From positions 1-24,035 of the IMG/VR virus record IMGVR_UViG_3300033489_000057: DNA of 24,035 nucleotides; one strand, written 5' to 3'. This document shows, in pieces, positions 1-9,414 of the stretch; the stretch's first letter is position 1; every line of letters begins with the position of its first letter. Origin of the DNA: a virus (lineage: Duplodnaviria; Caudoviricetes). The notes beneath the pieces were generated by a model. It was not told where the DNA came from. It ran no database searches and was given only the letters and a program-made list of their open reading frames with translations. The translations under genes and the position numbers were made by a program.

Positions 1-1
1 T

Positions 2-1174
2 TCCGTATGCCTGTGTTCCACGAGAAAAATTATTTACAATTAAATTATAATTAGCAGAAATTCCTAATATTATTCCGCCGTCTGTATTATCATGAAATTG
101 ATTGCCGCTAACAATATCATATGCTGTTGCCGAAAAGGTTAATCCTTTAGTATTTTCATCAAAAATATTATTTGTTATAATATTTTGACCAGCGGTATTA
201 TAAGAAGAATAACCAGTATTATTTAACGTAAATCTATTATTTATAATTCTATTCCGCTCACCGCCCTCGTTTAAAATGCCATTTGTAACATGATTATCTA
301 TAAAATTATTTTCAATTAAACATCCATAAACATTATTATCTATTTTTATCCCAGTGCCATTAGATGCGTATCCTGCTTTATTGCCGTAAATTCTAAAACC
401 TTTTATTTGTGTAAAATTATGAGTAACTTCAATCATTGTTACAATCGCAGCGTCTCTATAAAAAAAGGCTTGCCCTGATGCTTCTAATATAAGACCTGCA
501 ATTTCTGTCGTTATCCCTGTTTCAAAAACATACATGCCCTCCATAAAAACAAGTTTTGCGCCATATGAAACTGAGGCATCAATATCATTTATAATTGCTT
601 GAATTTTTGCCCCCGCATCGTCTGTTGTGTCAATAATATGATCTGCATTTATCTTTGAGTTTACATAACTGTCAGAACTTGCAATTACTACCGTTGAAAC
701 ACCTTTCATCATGGAGTTAGCCTCTCCGACATTCATAATTGTATTCACAAAATATCCATCAATATAAATCATATCATCAACAGCAATACTGCCATTATGA
801 AATTCAATAACAGCGCAATTTTCAGTAGTACCATTAAAGATTTTACACTGATTTGCGCCTAAGGTTACACTTTGTGCTACCAGAGTAAAAACTGTAAATG
901 CTGCTGTCGAAGGTCTGTAAACCTTAACACTCCATGTACGCCCGGACGTGGGGTCAAACGCCCCCGAGTAATCAGGTACTCCCGGAATATTAATTAAAAA
1001 TCTTGTCGGAGTATCTTGCGGAAAGTTTGCACCTGTAACGGTTATGGGATCAATTAGTTTCTTTACATTAGTTTCTGCCGGGTTTGGCGTATAAAAACCT
1101 GTTGTAATAAAATTATAATAACAGCTTGGCGTATTTGTCAAAGGGTCTTTGACTGTGCTTAAAAACTGCTTCAT
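2..1174 (-). CDS. Tailspike / receptor-binding protein with right-handed parallel beta-helix (pectin-lyase-like); partial, runs off the window edge
   Basis: Not in the ORF track because there is no stop in the window. Translated by hand: ATG at 1174 overlaps the upstream TGA (ATGA) and follows GAAAGGAG, with 391 open codons starting MKQFLSTVKDPLTN. It has a tailspike-type cap (DDAGAKIQAIINDI...KLVFMEGMY) then Asn-ladder repeats (CLIENNFI, NRIINNRF, NIITNNIF, DIVSGNQF, NLIVNNF). It lies after Dit/Tal. Confidence 0.75.
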   Translation of the reverse strand, partial: MKQFLSTVKDPLTNTPSCYYNFITTGFYTPNPAETNVKKLIDPITVTGANFPQDTPTRFLINIPGVPDYSGAFDPTSGRTWSVKVYRPSTAAFTVFTLVAQSVTLGANQCKIFNGTTENCAVIEFHNGSIAVDDMIYIDGYFVNTIMNVGEANSMMKGVSTVVIASSDSYVNSKINADHIIDTTDDAGAKIQAIINDIDASVSYGAKLVFMEGMYVFETGITTEIAGLILEASGQAFFYRDAAIVTMIEVTHNFTQIKGFRIYGNKAGYASNGTGIKIDNNVYGCLIENNFIDNHVTNGILNEGGERNRIINNRFTLNNTGYSSYNTAGQNIITNNIFDENTKGLTFSATAYDIVSGNQFHDNTDGGIILGISANYNLIVNNFSRGTQAYG

Positions 1175-2757
1175 TTTGATCTCCTTTCAATTGTTTTTTC
1201 CATTTCAAATTGTATATCATTAGACGTCCTATTGTAACTACCTAACTCAATATCATATTTTCCAAATGAATTTCTGTCAATATCAATTCCTCTGTTAACA
1301 CAATGAAGGTCATAGTAACGAGAGCAAATAGCAAAAATATTAACAAAATCTATATTCGTATTAGTAAGTTTAAATTTAAAATATTTTATTATCCTGTGCG
1401 TTAGCGGCATTTCGATATAATTCCAGTTATCAGGGACTTTAATAAATATACTTCCTATAGATTCAAAATTACCCTCGTTTGTTATTAAGTTATCATTTTC
1501 ATCTGTGATATAATCACCTGACTCTGAAAGAATATAACTATAATCAATGATAATTTCAATAGTACCTGCATTCCCGTAAGTAGAAGATTTTGCAAATAGA
1601 ATTAACTTCTTAATGTCTGCAAAAGCTTTTACAAAAGGAAATGTATAAAGAGCCGTACCATTAACAAGAACAGAATAACTTCCATCATAACTATCAGGGT
1701 CAAGAGCAGCATCAAGAGTCCAATTATCAAGAGTTTCACTATCAATCAATTCTCGAAAATCATAATCCTGTTTTAAATAAGTCCTAACAAGATTTCCTGG
1801 TCTCACGCTTATATCTCTTTTTAATCCGTTTAAATCAAGTTTTTCGGGTGGCAATATTTGAGCTTGTACCTTTCCAAAAGCCCATGTTTTGGCCTCATCT
1901 ACTGTAAGCTCATCGGGTGCAAGGTCTTTTTTAAATATTCTTCCTATCACATCCTCTGTTGTTTGGAAATAAGGGAACTCAGAGCTTCCGTCTGGTATTT
2001 GTCCAACATAAACCTCACGTTTATTGCCTTCAACATCTTCCACATTACGCCAAAGATCAATAACCGTATATTTTATTTTTTTCCAATCTTTATTATATTT
2101 ATATTCCTCGTAACTTCCCGGCCATATAGTTTTTGAAATTACTGGGTCTCTCACTTTAACCTGAAAAAATTGTTCTGTATTTATAAGCCAAAAAGTATCG
2201 TCTTCCGACTTACCCCATTCATCCAATATGGTATCTAATTGTATGCTCGCATATTCAGGAGAAAAAGTTTCGAGAGAGTTTAATTCAACAAGAGCAGCAT
2301 TCCAATTTATATGACTTGTACTGAATAATGAAAGTATAATTGTAGCAAGAAATTCTTTTTTTGTCTTCGCTAAAAAGTTTCCGGTATATATTACCCTTTT
2401 TGCCATATTAAGAAGGGAATCAACTTTTATGGTTCCACCCTTTATATCTGGAACTTCTACAATATATCCAATATAATCACGATCGCCATTGTATCGAATT
2501 ATCACGAAGTCTCCGTATTCAATTAATACATCAAGATATTGAACTTCAATACTGGCATTAAGTGATCCTTTTTCTGACTCTTCATATTTTACCTTTTTGA
2601 TTATACAGTCTGGTGCCCCAAAGGAATAAACCTTTTTTGTAATTAAATCTTTTGTAAGTATTTCAATCCAATAAGGATTAGATCGAACAGGATTAGAATT
2701 TATAAGGTTTAAATTTTTCCACTCTCCTACAGGAGTTATACCAAATTTATAAATCAT
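1171..2757 (-). CDS. Tail tip / baseplate hub (Tal-like) protein
   Basis: 528 aa, directly after Dit and before the tailspike, with ATGA overlaps at both ends. Beta-rich N-terminal region and C-terminal YDIELG..coiled segment. Assigned mainly by synteny. Confidence 0.55.
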   Translation of the reverse strand: MIYKFGITPVGEWKNLNLINSNPVRSNPYWIEILTKDLITKKVYSFGAPDCIIKKVKYEESEKGSLNASIEVQYLDVLIEYGDFVIIRYNGDRDYIGYIVEVPDIKGGTIKVDSLLNMAKRVIYTGNFLAKTKKEFLATIILSLFSTSHINWNAALVELNSLETFSPEYASIQLDTILDEWGKSEDDTFWLINTEQFFQVKVRDPVISKTIWPGSYEEYKYNKDWKKIKYTVIDLWRNVEDVEGNKREVYVGQIPDGSSEFPYFQTTEDVIGRIFKKDLAPDELTVDEAKTWAFGKVQAQILPPEKLDLNGLKRDISVRPGNLVRTYLKQDYDFRELIDSETLDNWTLDAALDPDSYDGSYSVLVNGTALYTFPFVKAFADIKKLILFAKSSTYGNAGTIEIIIDYSYILSESGDYITDENDNLITNEGNFESIGSIFIKVPDNWNYIEMPLTHRIIKYFKFKLTNTNIDFVNIFAICSRYYDLHCVNRGIDIDRNSFGKYDIELGSYNRTSNDIQFEMEKTIERRSK

Positions 2758-3542
2758 AATGCAGTTTCATGATACATTATTTCTAAAGTACCCGCTCCCC
2801 CTTGATAATATAAAACATTTTCACCCGGAAGTATTTCAAAAGGCATTGATCCGGCAGTTAAAACATTTGCAATCAATGCATTATTAACATACATCGATAA
2901 TTCGGAATCTGAATTATCTACTTCTATAATATCACCGGTTTTAAATTCATATTCATATTTAAAACCATATCCTTCATAAAGTTTTAAATCAATTAAACTA
3001 CAATCTTCTGATAATGTAAATTTAAACTGTGGATATACATTAAATCCCTGATTGGTAATAAGTATCGTTTCATTGAGTATCTCATTATAAGTTGTAAGGT
3101 TTATGTTTGAAAAATAAGAATTTTCTGAAAAAATATTTATATCAAATTCACTAACCTCATAACCGCCCTGATACTTTTCACCGTCATTAAGCTGTATTTG
3201 ACATTCTAGCTCTTCAATCTTTACAACCTTTGCAGTTCCGCTGCCGATCTCCCAAACCTCACGAGTGCGCTGTAATTTCATTGGAATATATGATGGCAGA
3301 GTACAAACTTTAAGAATATCATCTCTTAAATTAGTAGGTCTATCGAAACATACAATCGAAAGTTTTGATTTATATCCTGAAAGCATATTAAGTCTTGAAA
3401 GTATCGCACCATCAGAAGTCTTATCACTGGCTTTTATTTTTTTACTCGGTAACCCACCTTCATGCTTCGTAACGTATTCTGAAAAATTAAGAGTATTCTG
3501 ATAAGCAAGTCCGTACAATAATTTAAAACTTTCTGTAATCAT
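2754..3542 (-). CDS. Distal tail protein (Dit)
   Basis: 262 aa, directly after the tape measure gene. Has siphovirus Dit-like motifs ITNQGFNVYPQF, GDIIEVD and FEILPGENVLYY. Confidence 0.75.
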   Translation of the reverse strand: MITESFKLLYGLAYQNTLNFSEYVTKHEGGLPSKKIKASDKTSDGAILSRLNMLSGYKSKLSIVCFDRPTNLRDDILKVCTLPSYIPMKLQRTREVWEIGSGTAKVVKIEELECQIQLNDGEKYQGGYEVSEFDINIFSENSYFSNINLTTYNEILNETILITNQGFNVYPQFKFTLSEDCSLIDLKLYEGYGFKYEYEFKTGDIIEVDNSDSELSMYVNNALIANVLTAGSMPFEILPGENVLYYQGGAGTLEIMYHETAL

Positions 3543-5866
3543 CTTATATTCTCCATTGCCTGATTATCCAAAAGAACTTGATCTAAAACTTTTCCGTCAA
3601 GTAACAACTGAATTAACAAAGGTTTTTCAGTAGTTTGATTCCGTACATTTTCTGAACCTACTGTATTTTTTGCAATCTGATTACTCAAATCGTGCGGAAC
3701 TACAACCGAGCCATCAGGAAGATAAGCTAATTCACCGCCACGTTCATTCATTGATACCCAGCCTGAAGCCATCCCCCCTCTTTCTTTCATCGGAGTGTAT
3801 TGTTGACTTGCTACTACTGCTGTTTGCGCAATTGCCATAGCTGCAATAATTCCGGTTGCTACCGCAGCTAAAGCAATTGCACCCGGTAAGGGCAATCCTG
3901 AAGCTAACGCAGAAGGCCAAACAGCAATCATGCCAAGTCCTGCTTGAAGCCAGATATTAGCAATAGTTGTTAATTTATTAGCTTCAAATTGTCTTTGTTT
4001 TATTTGATCTTCTTTTTTTGCCGCCCTTTCTTTTTCTTTCTCCATTTTTTTATTATATTCTTTTTCAGTCTTTTCTAAATTAGCGGCTTTTTTTCTTTCA
4101 ATTTCAGATACGCCCTCATCATACATTGTTTTTGAAATGAGACCCTGGTTATACTTTTCATTTAATGCCTCAATTTCTGCCTCTGATTGAAGTTCTATAT
4201 TCTCTTTTTCAAGTTCATTCTGTTCTTCTATTTTTTCCAGCCTGGCTTCGTTATGTGCTTCCATGACGGCTAATTGATTTTCAAAATAACTATTAGTTGC
4301 TTCTGAAATTAAATCAAGTGCTGCTGACATTACGCTTGTAAAAGTTTCTGCAATACTTACTATGGCCTGTCCAACATTTTCAGCACCCTTTTTAAAATTT
4401 TGTGCTATATTGACCATCCCGTTAGTAACACCTGCACCCATTTTTCCGATTATATTTGAAATAGAGTTGCTTGCATTTTCATAAAGCCCTATAGTTATTG
4501 AAAGCGTTTCTTTTGTTTTTTTATTAGGATCATCACCCGGAGGAGTATCTCCACCACCTCCACCGCCGGGCGGTGCGATTAATCCTGTTGCCATTTTTTC
4601 TTTTGATTTTTTAAAGCCATCGTCCCAAGCTTTGCCTAATTCCTCTGCAAGCTTTTTTGTATCTTCCGGCAATGTTTTAATTTCTCCCCATGCATTAAGA
4701 ACGGCGTCTTTAACATCGGTTACTAAATCTTTTCCAAGATTTTTTACGGCTTCCCAAGTCTTATTAACCTGATCTCCGACCTTTTCCCATCCCTTAGGGT
4801 CGAAAGGATTGGACATGGCTTTAAAAAAATCTCTTAATACTAATACCGCCTCTTTTATAACTTTAATAAGATTAATATTATAATCAATAATAATTTTTAC
4901 TACATCGGCAACTATACCAAAAGCAATACCTGCTATTTTCGTAGCACCTGCAAGAGCAAAGAATATCGCATTTACCATATCTCCTTGTTTAAAAAGTCCT
5001 TTTAATTTATCAATGACATTCTGAAAAATAACAACAACTTTTTCTTTTAAGACATTATATATTTCTCCAAATATTTCTTTAGCCACTTCAAACCCGCCGC
5101 CGATAGCACCCCAGACATTGGATATAATTTCAATCCCTTTTGCGCTTGTGATAAAATCTATAACCGCATTAGTACCGTCTATCATGCTTTGGACAAAATC
5201 CTTCCCTATAACGGCAATAATTTTTCCAAATTCTTCTTGTAAATTTCCTTGAGCATTGCTTAATTGTATGAGTTTTCCTGAAAAGGTTTCAGCTTTTGCT
5301 TGTGCCTGTTCAAACCCTGATGCCATTGCCTTTTGAACAATTGCTTGTTTTTCTGCCTCTGTTGTAGCGGTACGAAGTGCGGGGATATATCGCTGTAACA
5401 TATCAAAATTGTTTTGATTAGCAAGTGTAGCAAGTTTAATTGATTGATTTAATTCAAGGCCAAAAGCCTCAGATAGTCCTATAGCTCCTGTTGTTACTTC
5501 TTTTAATTTGTTGTCGGCAACCCCCATAGCTTTTGCTAAAGACATTGCACTAATAACAGCATCATCTTCTATAGTTGTTACTTTTTGAATTTCGCTTGCA
5601 AATTGCTTATAAGTTTCTATGCTGCCTTTAATTTGAGTTCTTAATTTAGCTTCTGCAATTTCAGCACCCGCAAAAGCTTTTACAGAATCTTTAAGATAAT
5701 CAGTTACGAGAGAAACTCCCTTTTTAAAAAGATCATACATCAAACTCGCTTTAAAAAAAGAACCAGTCATTGATTGGTTCTTTTGTTGAACCTTATTTAC
5801 ACCCTGTTCATAATTTGATGTGTCTAAAGTTATTTTCCCTACAACACTTCCAGCATCCCAAGCCAT
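3539..5866 (-). CDS. Tail tape measure protein
   Basis: 775 aa. N-terminal GSVVGKITLDTS, helical Ala/Lys-rich body, coiled coil, hydrophobic C-terminal helices and the C-terminal GG...MNERGGELAYLPDGSVVVP motif. Follows the chaperone pair. Confidence 0.9.
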   Translation of the reverse strand: MAWDAGSVVGKITLDTSNYEQGVNKVQQKNQSMTGSFFKASLMYDLFKKGVSLVTDYLKDSVKAFAGAEIAEAKLRTQIKGSIETYKQFASEIQKVTTIEDDAVISAMSLAKAMGVADNKLKEVTTGAIGLSEAFGLELNQSIKLATLANQNNFDMLQRYIPALRTATTEAEKQAIVQKAMASGFEQAQAKAETFSGKLIQLSNAQGNLQEEFGKIIAVIGKDFVQSMIDGTNAVIDFITSAKGIEIISNVWGAIGGGFEVAKEIFGEIYNVLKEKVVVIFQNVIDKLKGLFKQGDMVNAIFFALAGATKIAGIAFGIVADVVKIIIDYNINLIKVIKEAVLVLRDFFKAMSNPFDPKGWEKVGDQVNKTWEAVKNLGKDLVTDVKDAVLNAWGEIKTLPEDTKKLAEELGKAWDDGFKKSKEKMATGLIAPPGGGGGGDTPPGDDPNKKTKETLSITIGLYENASNSISNIIGKMGAGVTNGMVNIAQNFKKGAENVGQAIVSIAETFTSVMSAALDLISEATNSYFENQLAVMEAHNEARLEKIEEQNELEKENIELQSEAEIEALNEKYNQGLISKTMYDEGVSEIERKKAANLEKTEKEYNKKMEKEKERAAKKEDQIKQRQFEANKLTTIANIWLQAGLGMIAVWPSALASGLPLPGAIALAAVATGIIAAMAIAQTAVVASQQYTPMKERGGMASGWVSMNERGGELAYLPDGSVVVPHDLSNQIAKNTVGSENVRNQTTEKPLLIQLLLDGKVLDQVLLDNQAMENIR

Positions 5867-5875
5867 ATTTTACCC

Positions 5876-6193
5876 TCACGTCAATTTCTGCGTCTTTCTG
5901 TTTTTTCTTTGTCCCCAAATAACAGGCCTTTCATCTCCAAAAGCTTTTCTTTTTTTCTCTAATTGCCAGTGTCGGTATTCTCCAGCACCTTTATTTGACC
6001 TACTACCGATATAAGCAAAATTAACAGCCTCTGCAATATCCAATTGCGCTATTATACGATCCTGCCTTTCTTTTTCAATTTGGCGCTGATAAATATAAGT
6101 TTGCAGTCTGACATCCATATTTTCAAAACTTTCGTTATCAAGACCAGACCGCAAACAAACTAATCTTTTATCAAGCCAGTCTATTTTTTTTTT
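5876..6193 (-). CDS. Tail assembly chaperone, -1 frameshift extension (gpGT-like)
   Basis: The track ORF 5876..6154 has a TTG start and no clear RBS. Its frame is open upstream through the A10 run at 6184-6193 and is the -1 frame of the upstream chaperone. The predicted fusion reads ...DDVKKK-IDWLDKRLVCLRSGLDN... Confidence 0.8.
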   Translation of the reverse strand, partial: KKKIDWLDKRLVCLRSGLDNESFENMDVRLQTYIYQRQIEKERQDRIIAQLDIAEAVNFAYIGSRSNKGAGEYRHWQLEKKRKAFGDERPVIWGQRKNRKTQKLT

Positions 6194-6477
6194 ACATCAT
6201 CAATATGAAAAACTTCTTTTGATACAAATGTAATTATATCAGTTAACATACCAGCATCAAACCTTAACCAAAAATTACGATCTTTTCCAAAAATAATAAT
6301 TAGCTGATCAATATTCCTATCAGACATTTTCCTATTCTCGTCTATTGCAATATCTGTCATTTTATCCACAACGTCTGCTGTAATTGGTATAATAGACTGC
6401 AAAATATGTACGTTACCATCAATATCTTCAGATTCTATTTCAATTGGCAACATTTTTTTAAAAACTTTTTTAGACAC
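6181..6477 (-). CDS. Tail assembly chaperone (gpG-like)
   Basis: 98 aa, GTG start with GGAGGA RBS, between the major tail and tape measure genes. Ends GTA AAA AAA AAA TAG. Confidence 0.8.
   Translation of the reverse strand: MSKKVFKKMLPIEIESEDIDGNVHILQSIIPITADVVDKMTDIAIDENRKMSDRNIDQLIIIFGKDRNFWLRFDAGMLTDIITFVSKEVFHIDDVKKK
6184..6193 (-). promoter_or_regulatory. Programmed -1 ribosomal frameshift slippery site (A AAA AAA)
   Basis: Ten consecutive A on the minus strand just before the chaperone stop. Fits X XXY YYZ, and the -1 frame is open for about 100 codons. Confidence 0.8.
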
Positions 6478-6485
6478 AATTCCTC

Positions 6486-7034
6486 CTAACTATTCGGTAT
6501 GCCAGCACTTGAAGAAACGCCATTAAATCCAAAAACGTATTCTTCTTCACTTGTTTTTGAATTAGTAATTTTTTTTGAAAAACAATGAAATGTAATCGGC
6601 ATTGCAATTTGCGCAGCGGCATCCCATGCTATAGCTCCTGTAATTTCAGGCAAAGCAAGATACATTACAATCTTGTCAAAAGGGTCAGTACTCTGAACGC
6701 CTGCTGAATTTACTTTTACAACTTCAAGCCTTTTAGCTTTAGTTGTTTTAAGCGAGGTGTAAGAGTTTTTACCAAATTTTAAAGTTCCACCGCCAGTTAC
6801 TGTAACCCCGTTTACAAGTTTTGCAATTCTTGCTGTTGTAATTTCCCCGAAAGTTGCGACTACTTTTTTGAGCAATCCTGTCTCTGTTTTATCATCTGGT
6901 TTAGTTCCTGTTTGCTGATAAATTATATCGAGCCAGTCCTTATCATCCTCTATTGTAGTTGCGGCCGTGGTTCTGCCTAAATACGTTCCGTCAAAAGTTA
7001 AATCCACTACCCCTACCGGTCCGTCAAAAATCAT
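6486..7034 (-). CDS. Major tail (tube) protein
   Basis: 182 aa, Thr/Gly-rich beta protein (LTFDGTYLGRTT...MPITFHC), located between the tail terminator and chaperones. No sheath gene is present. Confidence 0.8.
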   Translation of the reverse strand: MIFDGPVGVVDLTFDGTYLGRTTAATTIEDDKDWLDIIYQQTGTKPDDKTETGLLKKVVATFGEITTARIAKLVNGVTVTGGGTLKFGKNSYTSLKTTKAKRLEVVKVNSAGVQSTDPFDKIVMYLALPEITGAIAWDAAAQIAMPITFHCFSKKITNSKTSEEEYVFGFNGVSSSAGIPNS

Positions 7035-7046
7035 ATTGATTCTCCT

Positions 7047-7460
7047 TTATGGTTTTTTAATAAACCATATATTAAAATTATAAATTGCCCGACCATTGTC
7101 GTCAATTGATAAAAATGAGGGTTTTTGTAATGCTTGAATTGAATTTATTTGAATCGTAGGATACACTATATTATTAACATTAACTGCGGGAAATGTCAAG
7201 TTAAATCTTGCTCCTCTTCCGTCAGAATTTATCATTGTATAATAAATTTCTTCTGCAAGAACTTTCGCCCTTAAAGAATCTACATCGTGAACTTTAATTT
7301 GAAAATATTGATCTTCATATGCGGGCTTATCTTTGCCATCATATTCCCTAACTACACAATATCTCTCTGGTAATTTTTCATTAGAAAGTCTTGTTTCGTT
7401 TATAAAAAAAGTAACGTCTGTATAAATACTTCTTAAAAATCCTATAAAATTATATAACAT
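7047..7460 (-). CDS. Tail terminator / tail completion protein
   Basis: 137 aa. FQIKVH...AKVLAEEIY and LSIDDNGRAIYNFN motifs match the minor-capsid-3/terminator type, and synteny agrees. Confidence 0.7.
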   Translation of the reverse strand: MLYNFIGFLRSIYTDVTFFINETRLSNEKLPERYCVVREYDGKDKPAYEDQYFQIKVHDVDSLRAKVLAEEIYYTMINSDGRGARFNLTFPAVNVNNIVYPTIQINSIQALQKPSFLSIDDNGRAIYNFNIWFIKKP

Positions 7461-7461
7461 T

Positions 7462-7920
7462 TTAAAATTCCTTTTTCATAAATTCTGCATATAATTTAAC
7501 AATATTCCCTGCGTCTTTTCTCAAATGTAATTCTAACCATTTGCCACTAACGTTGCCAGCCTGTGCGCTAGTTTTACCGTCTTGCCATTTTTTGCCAAAA
7601 GGTTCATGATTTTCATGCTGCGCTGCTGCATACGGGGAATTATAACCAAGAATAATATTATCTTTATTTGAATCATCACTATTTCGGTTTAAAAATCTAT
7701 TTGGATATTTAGTATCACTTATAATAAATTCTTGACCTACAAATACGCTTCCAGACCCTCTTAAAAAGCCTTCGTCTATAGGCGGTGTCGGAGCTTCCGT
7801 TGCTGTCCACGTCATAAGTTGAACAGCACATTTTTTTTTGATAATTAAATCTGTGGTTTCAAATTTAGTTTTTAATTCTTTTAACTTTGCAGTCATTCCA
7901 TTTTGAAAAGTGATACTCAT
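7462..7920 (-). CDS. Neck / tail completion protein (HK97 gp10-like)
   Basis: 152 aa with PIDEGFLRGSG, YNSPYAAAQHE and GKWLE motifs typical of this family. Confidence 0.8.
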   Translation of the reverse strand: MSITFQNGMTAKLKELKTKFETTDLIIKKKCAVQLMTWTATEAPTPPIDEGFLRGSGSVFVGQEFIISDTKYPNRFLNRNSDDSNKDNIILGYNSPYAAAQHENHEPFGKKWQDGKTSAQAGNVSGKWLELHLRKDAGNIVKLYAEFMKKEF

Positions 7921-8225
7921 ACATATACCTCTTTGTGAACACCCTCAAAGCTACGCCCCAAGTCTATACGTTTAACAGTATAGAATTTACCGTCAATTTT
8001 CAATTCATCATTAAATAAAATGTCCTCATCAAATCCCATTTGAACCATTGCTGTTGACATTACATCATTCCCTTTTTCATCTTTAATCATTTTTTTTGAA
8101 TAATTAACTCTGCATTGTATCATGCTTCCAGCAGTTATATTTTCATGTTTTTGATTCCATTGATCGAAGTAAAATCTTTTCTTTTCAATATCGTCCAAAA
8201 AATAATCCTCAATTAAACTACTCAT
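7917..8225 (-). CDS. Head closure / head-tail joining protein
   Basis: 102 aa: IQCRV...KMIKDEKGNDVMS...DELKIDGKFYTV...HKEVYV. Synteny agrees. Confidence 0.7.
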   Translation of the reverse strand: MSSLIEDYFLDDIEKKRFYFDQWNQKHENITAGSMIQCRVNYSKKMIKDEKGNDVMSTAMVQMGFDEDILFNDELKIDGKFYTVKRIDLGRSFEGVHKEVYV

Positions 8226-8505
8226 TTGAATCCTCGATTGATTTAATATTATCTCTGTCTACGTACATGCCCACGGGTTTACTCATATTAAGTTCATGAT
8301 ATTTAATCCCAGCCTCTTTAAGTTGGCTTTTAGTAATTTCGTATTGATGCCAGCCTCTTCCCGTCCATATTATTATAACATGCCCGGCTTCAAATTTCTT
8401 GTTTACGGCGTCAATTTCTGACTGTCTAAATCCCCTAACATGATAATTTATACCGTCATATTCTGAAATAATTATCGTGTTATCTATATCAACAAAATAT
8501 ATCAT
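8218..8505 (-). CDS. Capless HAD-superfamily phosphatase (capsule-biosynthesis phosphatase-like)
   Basis: 95 aa. Motif I FVDIDNTI, motif II IIIWTGRG, motif III MSKP. Motif IV reads YVDRD instead of YIDD. GAGG RBS. Confidence 0.8.
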   Translation of the reverse strand: MIYFVDIDNTIIISEYDGINYHVRGFRQSEIDAVNKKFEAGHVIIIWTGRGWHQYEITKSQLKEAGIKYHELNMSKPVGMYVDRDNIKSIEDSNE

Positions 8506-8506
8506 A

Positions 8507-8578
8507 CTACCTCTTTAATTCAATATAAAACTGAATAATTAAAATCGTAATTATAATAAAAATTATTGTTATCATCAT
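8507..8578 (-). CDS. Putative 23-aa single-pass membrane microprotein (MMITIIFIIITILIIQFYIELKR)
   Basis: Found by hand. The ATG overlaps the neuB stop (ATGA) and the TAG ends 1 nt before the HAD ATG, exactly filling the only sizeable gap in the cluster. Hydrophobic run followed by a basic C-terminus. Confidence 0.55.
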   Translation of the reverse strand: MMITIIFIIITILIIQFYIELKR

Positions 8579-9414
8579 TTGTATTTTAATTTATTCCTTT
8601 GTTTTAATTCACAATCTAAAATTTCTTTACTTTTAAACTTATTAGCCGAAACACATTGTTTAATATTCTTTACAAGCGATCTCATTTCTTTGGGTTCTAA
8701 ACTAGCCGGGTGATCCGTGCCTTTCCAATTCTTATTGATTGTAAAGTGTCTTTCAATATAATCAAATCCATATGCTACCGTCATATTGTCTACTGCAATA
8801 TTGGTATGATGTCCTGAAAATCCAAAGCCTTTAATATCATACTTTTTTAATTTTTCGACTTCTCGGATACAAATGTCATCATTAAGAACAGGATAACCGG
8901 AAGTACAAATATAAAAAACTAAATCTTTATTTCTATTTCTCATCTTTGCAAACTGATAAATATTCTCAATCTCTTCATATGTTGTCATTCCTAAACTTAT
9001 ATGAATTTCACCTGGATAGTTAGACATTAGATATTCAAGTATTTCAAAATTATTATTCTGCGCCGAGGGTATTTTAATCATAACAGGGTTTAAACTTACG
9101 ATCTCTTTTGTAGACGTTAAATCCCATACCGAACATGAATAAATAAGGCCTTTGTTTTCACAATATTCCTTAAGCTCTTTATGTTGTTCGAGATTAAATT
9201 CTAAACTATCTCTATGCTCACCGTAGGTATTGCCGTAACTATTTTCAGGATTCGGATGCGGTTTGTCATAATCTTTTCCGAGTAATTCTCTGTTATTTCT
9301 TTTTTGAAATTTAACTGAATCGACACCGCAATAATCAGATAATGTATCAATCATCTGTTTTGCTATATTTATGAATCCCCTATGGTTTGCACCGACTTCT
9401 GCAATAATTTTCAT
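8575..9414 (-). CDS. neuB: Nonulosonic acid (N-acetylneuraminate/KDN-type) synthase, NeuB family, lacking the C-terminal AFP/SAF domain
   Basis: 279 aa with IIAEVGANHRG, VKFQKR, SVWD, IKIPS, SLGM, CTSGYP, GFSGHH and IERHFT...GTDHPASLEP. Confidence 0.93.
   Translation of the reverse strand: MKIIAEVGANHRGFINIAKQMIDTLSDYCGVDSVKFQKRNNRELLGKDYDKPHPNPENSYGNTYGEHRDSLEFNLEQHKELKEYCENKGLIYSCSVWDLTSTKEIVSLNPVMIKIPSAQNNNFEILEYLMSNYPGEIHISLGMTTYEEIENIYQFAKMRNRNKDLVFYICTSGYPVLNDDICIREVEKLKKYDIKGFGFSGHHTNIAVDNMTVAYGFDYIERHFTINKNWKGTDHPASLEPKEMRSLVKNIKQCVSANKFKSKEILDCELKQRNKLKYK

Noticed and set aside
4525-4575. GC-rich patch in the tape measure gene
   Set aside because: Explained by the encoded Pro/Gly linker APPGGGGGGDTPPGDDP; no separate element is needed.
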